Assembly (NCBI GenBank): GCA_031272455.1
Contig: JAISTS010000023.1
Coordinates: 250-64,249, forward strand
Origin: Tannerella sp.
Lineage (GTDB): Bacteria > Bacteroidota > Bacteroidia > Bacteroidales > Tannerellaceae
Direction of reading: 5' to 3'
Length of the DNA stretch: 64,000 bases
Under the pieces are notes generated by a model that was not told where the DNA came from, ran no database searches, and saw nothing but the letters and a program-made list of their open reading frames with translations. Shown here piece after piece: positions 54,168 to 61,821 of this stretch (position 1 is the stretch's first letter; each line of letters begins with the position of its first letter). Position numbers and translations under genes: made by a program.

Positions 54168-54353
54168 ATGAAATCAAGCGAATTAAACAGGATAGCTCTC
54201 AAGCACGGATGGAAATTCGTCAGCCAAGACGGTTCAAGTCATCGGGAATATGAGAAAAATGGCATTACGCTGGTTATTCCATATCACGGCGCAAAGGAGG
54301 TTCCTGTTGGAACGTGTAAACATATTTTAAAAGCAATTATGAACGTAAAATGA
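54168..54353 (+). CDS. hicA: Type II TA toxin, HicA family
   Basis: 61 aa; GW...GSSH...IPYHG.KEV..GT...IL; -7 element TACCTTTG at 54143-54150. Confidence 0.9.
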   Translation: MKSSELNRIALKHGWKFVSQDGSSHREYEKNGITLVIPYHGAKEVPVGTCKHILKAIMNVK

Positions 54354-54760
54354 GCAAAATGAACCAAATACATGTTATTTTAGAATCGGGCAAGGACGGT
54401 TACGGCGTGATGTTCCGCGAATTTGACAATATTTTCGGATTTGGCGAAACGGTCGAAGCGGCAAAGAAAGATGCTGTTGCCGTTTTGAGTTATTATGTTG
54501 AATTATTGAAGCGCAATAATAAACCCATGCCGGAATTGCTGACCGGACAATACGAGTTAGTTTACGAGTTCGATGTTGATGCGCTCTTGAAATACATTGA
54601 CGGCACGGTAACTAAAACGGCTCTTGCGCGGGCTTCGGGCATCAACGCAGCACAACTGACGCATTACAGTTCGGGACTGAAAAAGCCGCGCCGCCAACAG
54701 CGTGAAAAGATAATCTCAGGTTTGCACCGCATCGCAGCCGACTTATTAGCAGTTACTTAA
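54350..54760 (+). CDS. hicB: Type II TA antitoxin, HicB family with C-terminal HTH
   Basis: ATGA overlap with hicA; GFGETVEAAK; LARASGIN..QL.HY.SG.KKP HTH. Confidence 0.88.
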   Translation: MSKMNQIHVILESGKDGYGVMFREFDNIFGFGETVEAAKKDAVAVLSYYVELLKRNNKPMPELLTGQYELVYEFDVDALLKYIDGTVTKTALARASGINAAQLTHYSSGLKKPRRQQREKIISGLHRIAADLLAVT

Positions 54761-54779
54761 CGGGATGAGCCTATAGCTT

Positions 54780-54888
54780 CCCTCGCCCCACCCTACGCCT
54801 ACGACGAAGACGCCGCCAAATACGCCGTCTTCCTGACCAATGGTCTGAGGAATTTTCGATAAAAACTTATTTTTTTGCGAAAACTTTT
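54780..54888 (+). repeat. 109-bp direct repeat, copy 2 (non-coding duplicate of the dsbD 3' end)
   Basis: 108/109 identity to 54013-54121. Confidence 0.95.
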
Positions 54889-54925
54889 GGTAGGAAGTAT
54901 TAATTTTCGTACCTTTGCCAAAAAT

Positions 54926-55327
54926 ATGAAAGTTACAGTAATAATCGAACAAAACCGCAACGGACGCTATTCAGCCTATATCAGCGACGAAAGAATCACG
55001 TTTGGTATTCTGGGCGAAGGCAATACGGTTGCAGACACTATTGAAGATTTTAAAATCGGTGTAGAAGAGATGCAGGAACTGTATGTCAGTGAAGGCAAGC
55101 CATTCCCGGAACTTGAATACGACTTCAAATACGATACTGCCTCGTTTTTGGCTTCCTATTCAAAAATACTGTCGTTAGCAGGGCTGTCGCGACTGACCGG
55201 ATTAAACCAGGGGCAATTGAGCCATTACGTTACAGGCAGAAAGAAACCGACGCCGCGAACTGTGTCAAAAATCAGGACATCCGTTCACGATTTCGGTAAG
55301 CAATTATGTCAGCTTGAACTTGTTTAA
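54926..55327 (+). CDS. Orphan HicB-like antitoxin/HTH protein
   Basis: MKVTVIIE, GEGNTVADT, LSRLTGLNQGQLSHYVTGRKKP; own -7 element at 54910-54917; no hicA upstream. Confidence 0.82.
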   Translation: MKVTVIIEQNRNGRYSAYISDERITFGILGEGNTVADTIEDFKIGVEEMQELYVSEGKPFPELEYDFKYDTASFLASYSKILSLAGLSRLTGLNQGQLSHYVTGRKKPTPRTVSKIRTSVHDFGKQLCQLELV

Positions 55328-55340
55328 TAACCCTCTCATA

Positions 55341-56135
55341 ATGACGACAAAAGAAGAAAAAATGGCGGCTTTCGGGCGATTGCTTGACGTGATGGACGAG
55401 TTGCGCCTCAAATGCCCGTGGGACCGCAAACAGACCAACGAAAGCCTGCGGGCAAACACTGTCGAAGAGACTTACGAGCTGTCGGACGCCATCATCAGCG
55501 GCGACCGCAACGCCATACGCAAAGAGCTGGGCGACTTGCTGTTGCACATCGTCTTCTACGCTAAAATCGGCGAAGAAACGGGCGATTTCGACATACGTGA
55601 TGTCTGCGACAGCCTGCGCGAGAAGCTGATTTACCGCCATCCGCACGTCTTCGGCGACGGCGATGCCGACACCAGCCGCAAGGTCGAGCAAACGTGGGAA
55701 CAGCTCAAAATCAAAGAGAAAGACGGCAATAAAACCGTGCTCGACGGCGTACCCGCCGCCCTACCCTCGCTTATCAAAGCCTACCGCATACAGGACAAGG
55801 CGCGTAACGTCGGGTTCGACTGGGAAGTGCGCGAACAGGTCTGGGACAAGGTAGCGGAGGAATTGAGCGAGCTGCGTACGGAGATAGACCGCATGGATGC
55901 CGACCGTATGGAAGATGAGTTCGGCGACGTGCTGTTCAGCCTTATCAACGCCGCCCGCCTCTACAAAATCAATCCCGACAACGCCCTCGAACGAACAAAC
56001 CGCAAGTTCATACGCCGTTTCAACTATCTCGAAGCGCAAACGATAAAGAAAGGTCGCTCGCTAAAAGATATGAGCCTCGACGAAATGGAGGCTATCTGGA
56101 ACGAGGCAAAGCAAACAGAAAAAGAGACCGCCTGA
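55341..56135 (+). CDS. mazG: Nucleoside triphosphate pyrophosphohydrolase MazG (tandem domain)
   Basis: CPWDRKQT, EETYEL, ELGDLL, RHPHVF, GFDW, EFGDVLF; start set at MTTK. Confidence 0.93.
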   Translation: MTTKEEKMAAFGRLLDVMDELRLKCPWDRKQTNESLRANTVEETYELSDAIISGDRNAIRKELGDLLLHIVFYAKIGEETGDFDIRDVCDSLREKLIYRHPHVFGDGDADTSRKVEQTWEQLKIKEKDGNKTVLDGVPAALPSLIKAYRIQDKARNVGFDWEVREQVWDKVAEELSELRTEIDRMDADRMEDEFGDVLFSLINAARLYKINPDNALERTNRKFIRRFNYLEAQTIKKGRSLKDMSLDEMEAIWNEAKQTEKETA

Positions 56136-56194
56136 ACGCGACGGGTTCAGACAGCCTCTTCCTTACAATCATCTAATTGACAAATGACTTTTCT

Positions 56195-56749
56195 TTATTC
56201 AGGCACGAGGAAATAGAATCCTCCTGAGGAAAAATTCCCGCTGATGACGCCTGCGGTTGCGCCGGTAATCTTGATACCGAACACATAGCGTTGCCCCTTA
56301 GTGAGGGAGGCGGCATTGACCGACACCTGATAATTGACACGATTCGTTCCTTTCGGGATCACTATCGTAGTGCCGGGCAGGGTGTAGGCGGAGGCAGGCA
56401 GTATTTCATAAGCCAGACCCGACTCCTTGCCAACGACGTCGGCTATGCCTTCGTCAACTGCCAGAGTAACCGTTACATCCGAAGGAGCGCCGTTGTTGCC
56501 CGTATAGTTAACCACTACCGGGAAGCTGAAACTCGTGTTCGTAATCTCAAAATCGTATTCGCCCGGATAAGCAAGCAGGGCTTTCAGGTCGCGCGAGGCA
56601 TACGTCAGACCAGAACGGTTGGAGCTGAGATTATATATCTCAACGATGTCGCCCAGACCGTCCTCGAAACGAACTTCATCCGGAAGGCACGAAGACATAC
56701 CGAACAGGGCTAATGCCAGACCTAAATATTTTATTATACTCTTTTTCAT
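56195..56749 (-). CDS. SusCD-associated lipoprotein (DUF1735/BT_3987-like)
   Basis: Lipobox MSSC; DVTVTL, YEILPASAYTL, IPKG, ISGN motifs. Confidence 0.75.
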   Translation of the reverse strand: MKKSIIKYLGLALALFGMSSCLPDEVRFEDGLGDIVEIYNLSSNRSGLTYASRDLKALLAYPGEYDFEITNTSFSFPVVVNYTGNNGAPSDVTVTLAVDEGIADVVGKESGLAYEILPASAYTLPGTTIVIPKGTNRVNYQVSVNAASLTKGQRYVFGIKITGATAGVISGNFSSGGFYFLVPE

Positions 56750-56777
56750 ATTTCTATTCTTTATAATGTTAATAAAA

Positions 56778-58376
56778 TCAGTTTCTATCCCAGAAAATCG
56801 GGTTTGAATACGAGTCGCCGACATCCGGTGTGTTGTAGTTCAAGTCATATTCATCCTGCGGATAAACCAAGCGGACGGAAAGCCTGTCGGGACGCGGAGA
56901 GTCAGACAGATAGGAGGCGAACGTCAGGTTCGGACGGCGACCGGTATTGTCGATAGTCGGATATGCCGTGCGACGGTAGTTGTTCCATGCTTCGTGTCCG
57001 TTGATGATGTTGTAGGCGATATATGCCTGAGTGATAATAGCTTCGAGCTGCTGTTCCTTGGTTGTCGCCTTGTCGGCATTGACCAAGTAGCTGTCGCTGT
57101 TATTCTTGATATACTCTTCCACATCGGCTTCGGGGTCAGCTCCGTCAACCAGATTGCCGCCCACATTCGTTGCTAAATAATGGAACGATGCTATCATACC
57201 TTTCTTGAAGTTGGTTTTCCAGTCGCCGTTGAGTTCGTGCCCTATCAAGGCAGCTTCGGCAAGCAGGAAGTATGTCTCAAAATCGTAGAACATCCCAAAA
57301 TCCTGAGTGCGACCTTTCAGTATGCCTTCGATCCAGATATAATTGGGCGTATAAGGACGTTCGGGTCCCTGGAAGCCCAGCATATAGTTAGGAACATCGG
57401 GATAGCCGAGATAGGTCAGCGAGCCGCGGCGGTCGTCGGTCAGTTTGCCTTCGACCTCTTCGATAGCGTCAACCGCCTCGTCGCCACAGATAAATTTCTT
57501 CTGATAGAAGGTCATCAAATATGTCGTCGGGAGGTAATAGTGTGCATAACCCGAAATTGAGCCTGATACCGAGCTGTGATAGTCGTTATACACGGGATTT
57601 TGCTGATTGGAAGCGTTATAACCCGGATTATAGCCGGCTGTTTCTAACAGGAAGCCTTCGGGCGAGAAAGTGAAATTCGACTGCACAAACGAGTCAATCT
57701 CGCTGCCGGCTGCACGGATAAGCAGGCGCAGCTTCAGGTTGTTGGCAAACTGTATCCATTTAGTCAGGTCGCCGCCGAACAGACCGTCGGTCGAAGTCGT
57801 AAATTTCAGAGTTGTCTCGGTGCCCGATTTGAACAGTGAGATAGCTTCGTCGATTTCGCTAATCAGATACTTATACACTTCGGCGTCGTCGTCGAACTTC
57901 GGCGTAATATTTTCGCCGCCCCTGACGCCTTCGGTGTAGGGCACATCGCCATATTCGTCAACCAAAAGCTGGTAAGTTATAACTTTTGCCAGATGAGCGG
58001 CAGCGCCGAAGTATTGATAATACGGGTCTTCGGCAGCAGCATTGATAACGCCCTGTATATCCCTGAGGTGGGCAAAATTGTCGTTCCAGCGAGCCGTATA
58101 TGACGAACTTGGAAAGTTGTAGGAATACAGGTCTCCGAAGCCTGAAACGCCATCGCCCGGGAACTGATAACCGACCATAAGCGAACCGTAGCAGTTGTAA
58201 TTATGGATATCTGTTGCCAAACGGGCGTAGATAGCGGTTATCTGGAGGTTGGGCGTTACGACGCTTCCTGTCGGGGAGTTAGGATTTTCGTTAATATCCA
58301 AACGGTCGTTGCACGAAAACAGTATTGCGCTCAAAAGAACGACCGGCAATATTTTTATCATATTATTCTTTTTCAT
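56778..58376 (-). CDS. SusD/RagB family nutrient-binding lipoprotein
   Basis: Lipobox LFSC; NENPN.P, LVDEYGDVPYTE, W..FAN.LKLR, EAW..YRRT.YP, IFWD. Confidence 0.92.
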   Translation of the reverse strand: MKKNNMIKILPVVLLSAILFSCNDRLDINENPNSPTGSVVTPNLQITAIYARLATDIHNYNCYGSLMVGYQFPGDGVSGFGDLYSYNFPSSSYTARWNDNFAHLRDIQGVINAAAEDPYYQYFGAAAHLAKVITYQLLVDEYGDVPYTEGVRGGENITPKFDDDAEVYKYLISEIDEAISLFKSGTETTLKFTTSTDGLFGGDLTKWIQFANNLKLRLLIRAAGSEIDSFVQSNFTFSPEGFLLETAGYNPGYNASNQQNPVYNDYHSSVSGSISGYAHYYLPTTYLMTFYQKKFICGDEAVDAIEEVEGKLTDDRRGSLTYLGYPDVPNYMLGFQGPERPYTPNYIWIEGILKGRTQDFGMFYDFETYFLLAEAALIGHELNGDWKTNFKKGMIASFHYLATNVGGNLVDGADPEADVEEYIKNNSDSYLVNADKATTKEQQLEAIITQAYIAYNIINGHEAWNNYRRTAYPTIDNTGRRPNLTFASYLSDSPRPDRLSVRLVYPQDEYDLNYNTPDVGDSYSNPIFWDRN

Positions 58377-58388
58377 AATCGTTAATAT

Positions 58389-61300
58389 TTAGAATGTTAA
58401 TGAAATAGTTGCTCCAAAAGTACGTGTTGGAGGCGACTGCGATGTCGAAGATATACCAAGCTCGTTGTCTGCAGCCGAACCTGTCTGGCTGTAGTCGGGG
58501 TCGGTATATTCGTTACTCTTCGCCGTGAGCAGCAGCAGATTGCGTCCCTGCAAGGCTATAAATCCGCCTGCGACGCCGGGCAACTTGCTGATTATCGAGC
58601 GGGGAAGATTGTACGTCAGCGATATTTCGCGCCATTTCCAGTAATCGCCGTTATAAACATAGTTGGCGATGACACTGCGGTTGTACGAACCCATCGACCA
58701 GAATCCGCTACCGCCGTCGGCGATAGTTATATTCGTATTTTCGATATACTGTCCGGGGTTGTTGGGGTCTTCGTAAACCGAGTTGGGGAACACGAAACGG
58801 TCGCGGTTGTAGTAAGCGCTGCGAGCCGAAGCGCCCGAGAAGTCGAGACCGCTACCCAGCGAGTTTGCCAAAGCGATATAGTTGCCGCGATACTCGAACA
58901 GGGTTGCAAGCGTGAAATCCTTATAGCGCAGTTTCAGGTCTAAACCCAGCAGGTCGCGCGGCTTGGTGTTACCCAAAGAATACGACTGCGAAGCCATTGA
59001 CGGATAACCTGTTGTCGGGTTAACTATGACTTTGCCGTAATATGGACTTTTCTCATCTTCGACACGTTTGTAGTCAACAGCAACAATCTGATTGAGTTCC
59101 TGTCCTTCGATAGCGTAAATATATTCGGTCGTTCCGAGCGCACTGAAATCGGTACGGATACCTACTTTTTCCATTCCGTCGGGCATATCGACTAACTTGT
59201 TTGTGCGGTGGGTATAGTTACCGCCGACGGTTACTGTCCAGTCTGCCGTGCGCACAGGCGTTACGTGCAAGGTAAGCTCAAGACCTTTGTTGCTTACTTC
59301 GCCTGCGTTAAGCAAGTATTTCTGATAGCCGGACGAGCGGGCGATAGTGGCATTGATAGCCTGACCGACCGTACTCGTTTGATAGTAGGTTATCGCTCCG
59401 TCTATGCGTTCATCGAACAGGCGGTAATCGGCGCCGATTTCCCATCCTGTCGTGATTTCGGGCTTCAGTCCGTCGGCAACCAATTTTTCGCTTTGGCTGA
59501 ATTGCGTTCCGAGCGAATAGCCTGTTACCGAGCTGTAAACCGGATATAATTCGTATGCTTTGATATTTACGTTACCTGTTCTCGACAGGGCGACACGCAG
59601 CTTCAGAAAATCGAGCACTGTATTTTCCTTCAGCGAAGGCATAGCGTCTGTAGGAACAAACGAGAGGTCAACCGAAGGATAGAAATACGAGCGATGCTCT
59701 TTAGCTAAAAGCGAGGTCCAGTCGTTACGCGCCGTAGCGTGCAGGAAGAGATAGTTCTTGTATCCGGCAGTGAAGTCCGCCCAAACACCGTACAGCTGCG
59801 ATTGAGTGTTCGTTTCCGTTACTGTGGGGTCAACCGAGCGGTTGCTTATATTATACAGACCGGGGATAACCAAACCGCCGGCATACGTATATAAATACTT
59901 GTATGAATTGTACGTACTCGAAGCGCCAAGGATCAGATTCAGTGAGATTTGGTCTTCCCATACCTTATGATTGAATCCGAGGTGGATGTCCTGATTAAGT
60001 TTCGAGGAGCGGCTCATTTCATCGGTTACGTTACCTGCAAGATTGGTTTTTGTCTGCACTTTCAGATAATAGTCCGACAAAGTCGTTTTCTGCGTATGGT
60101 CTTTCTTCTCGTCGTATTTGCTCGACAGACCTACGCGATAGAGGGCGTAGAACCAAGGCGTAAACTGATATTTGGCTTCGACGCGACCGGTCAGGTACGC
60201 GGTTTTCTGGTCGCGGCGATAGTTGTCAGCCACCCAGTATGGATTGCGATACCACGGGTTGTACCAGCCTTCGGGCGTCGCCCAGATATTGTTCACCCAG
60301 TCTTTGTAATCGGTTACGGGGATATTAGCCGAAATCTGGTTCAGGGCGCTGTACATTGTTCCGGTAGCGCTCGTGATGTCGTAATTATTTTCGGTATAAC
60401 TTGCCGTATAGCTGATGTCAAGTTTTTCGGTCGGCTTCATTGAATTATTAAAACGCAATGATACACGATTATACTGGTCGCTCGGCGTCGTGGATGTACC
60501 GCTAAGGTACTGTCCTGAGATAAACGACTGGTTTTTCTCGTTACCGAAGCTGATAGAGAGGTCGGTCTTGTTCTGTACGCCTGTCTGCCAGAAATCGTTA
60601 CGTCCGTTGCCTTCTTTGACGTCGTAGGTCGTATATTGCTGCGAGCCGTCTTCAAGAGGATAGCCCAGTTCGCGCATCGAGCCGTCGAAAGCGGGACCGA
60701 ACTGCTGGTTTTCAATCTTTTCGTAATGCTGTCCGTCCTGCTCTGTTCCCTGCCCGAAGCGTGTCTGCAAAGCGGGGAAGAAGTTCACCTGCTCAAAGTT
60801 CAGCGTATGCGACACCTTGATTTCGGGTTTGCCCGCTTTTCCTTTCTTGGTGGTAATCAGCAACACGCCGTTAGATGCTTCAGAACCGTAGAGAGCGGCA
60901 GCCGAAGCGCCGTTAAGTATCTGAATATCGTCGATATCTTCGGGATTGAGATTGGCGATAATTTCGCCATCGACCACGACATTGTCAACCACGACCAATG
61001 CCGTATTGTTACCAAGCAGCGAGCGGCTGCCGCGCAATTCGAGACGAAACGTCGGGTTGACGCCGCTCGAAATAGCGTTAATCTGCAAGCCTGCCACTTT
61101 ACCGACCAAACCTGCGCCTACGCTGGTTGGCTTGGATGCTGTCAGCTCGTCCGCCGTAACGCGGGTAGCGGCATAGCCCTGTTCACGACGGCTGCGGAAG
61201 ATACCACCCGCCGTTACTACAACTTCGTCAAGAGCCTGAACATCTTCCTGAAGGACGATCTCGATTGCTCTGCCACTGTAAACGACCTCCTGAGTCTTAT

Positions 61301-61535
61301 AACCCACATAGCTGATAATCAGCATAAGTGGAGGAGGAGGCGTTTTAGATGTCGAGAAATTGAATTTCCCGTCAACATCTGTCATAATTCCGTCTGTAGT
61401 GCCCTTCACCACCACCGAAGCACCGATGACAGGGTCGCCTGCGACGTCCAATACCTTTCCGCTTACGTTAGTCTGGGCAATCGCCCCCGTAAACGACAAA
61501 GACATTAATGCGAAAAAAAGTAGTCTTTTTACCAT
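58389..61535 (-). CDS. SusC/RagA family TonB-linked outer membrane transporter
   Basis: N-terminal CarboxypepD-like domain, LDEVVVTA TonB box, AAALYGS, GVLLITTKKG, terminal LTF. Confidence 0.95.
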   Translation of the reverse strand: MVKRLLFFALMSLSFTGAIAQTNVSGKVLDVAGDPVIGASVVVKGTTDGIMTDVDGKFNFSTSKTPPPPLMLIISYVGYKTQEVVYSGRAIEIVLQEDVQALDEVVVTAGGIFRSRREQGYAATRVTADELTASKPTSVGAGLVGKVAGLQINAISSGVNPTFRLELRGSRSLLGNNTALVVVDNVVVDGEIIANLNPEDIDDIQILNGASAAALYGSEASNGVLLITTKKGKAGKPEIKVSHTLNFEQVNFFPALQTRFGQGTEQDGQHYEKIENQQFGPAFDGSMRELGYPLEDGSQQYTTYDVKEGNGRNDFWQTGVQNKTDLSISFGNEKNQSFISGQYLSGTSTTPSDQYNRVSLRFNNSMKPTEKLDISYTASYTENNYDITSATGTMYSALNQISANIPVTDYKDWVNNIWATPEGWYNPWYRNPYWVADNYRRDQKTAYLTGRVEAKYQFTPWFYALYRVGLSSKYDEKKDHTQKTTLSDYYLKVQTKTNLAGNVTDEMSRSSKLNQDIHLGFNHKVWEDQISLNLILGASSTYNSYKYLYTYAGGLVIPGLYNISNRSVDPTVTETNTQSQLYGVWADFTAGYKNYLFLHATARNDWTSLLAKEHRSYFYPSVDLSFVPTDAMPSLKENTVLDFLKLRVALSRTGNVNIKAYELYPVYSSVTGYSLGTQFSQSEKLVADGLKPEITTGWEIGADYRLFDERIDGAITYYQTSTVGQAINATIARSSGYQKYLLNAGEVSNKGLELTLHVTPVRTADWTVTVGGNYTHRTNKLVDMPDGMEKVGIRTDFSALGTTEYIYAIEGQELNQIVAVDYKRVEDEKSPYYGKVIVNPTTGYPSMASQSYSLGNTKPRDLLGLDLKLRYKDFTLATLFEYRGNYIALANSLGSGLDFSGASARSAYYNRDRFVFPNSVYEDPNNPGQYIENTNITIADGGSGFWSMGSYNRSVIANYVYNGDYWKWREISLTYNLPRSIISKLPGVAGGFIALQGRNLLLLTAKSNEYTDPDYSQTGSAADNELGISSTSQSPPTRTFGATISLTF

Positions 61536-61612
61536 AACTATAAAAAAATTAATTATTAAACCTTTTATACTATAAAAACATGTTAAAACCTAAACCATTG
61601 TCAAAACCGCGA

Positions 61613-61620
61613 CAAATGTA
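61613..61620 (-). promoter_or_regulatory. -7 promoter element for susC
   Basis: TACATTTG on the minus strand. Confidence 0.55.
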
Positions 61621-61737
61621 AGGCTTATTTTTCACTTTGTACACTTTTTGCAAATAATTTTTGCTAAAAATCGTAATATTAACTATATTTAACATCTATT
61701 CGCTTTTCACGAAAGCCTTAACTCACTCTGTAACAGC

Positions 61738-61783
61738 AAAAAAATAAAGACGCAAAGATTTATAATTTTCTTTGCGTCTTTAT
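61738..61783 (-). terminator. Rho-independent terminator of the TonB-dependent receptor gene
   Basis: 15-bp perfect stem ATAAAGACGCAAAGA / TCTTTGCGTCTTTAT; the A-run on + gives the U-tail on -. Confidence 0.85.
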
Positions 61784-61821
61784 GCGATTTTGGTTTGCGC
61801 CTTACTTACAGCGTTTTAAGC

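Noticed and set aside
54013-54888. Direct repeats considered as a CRISPR array or IS ends
   Set aside because: Only two 109-bp copies derived from dsbD; no spacers, cas genes, inverted ends or transposase.
55341-56135. mazG as an anti-phage defence MazG
   Set aside because: Canonical tandem-domain housekeeping MazG with no defence-associated fusion.
61329-61343. GGA triplet run encoding PPPP in susC
   Set aside because: Short, in-frame trinucleotide run; cannot cause phase variation by frameshift.
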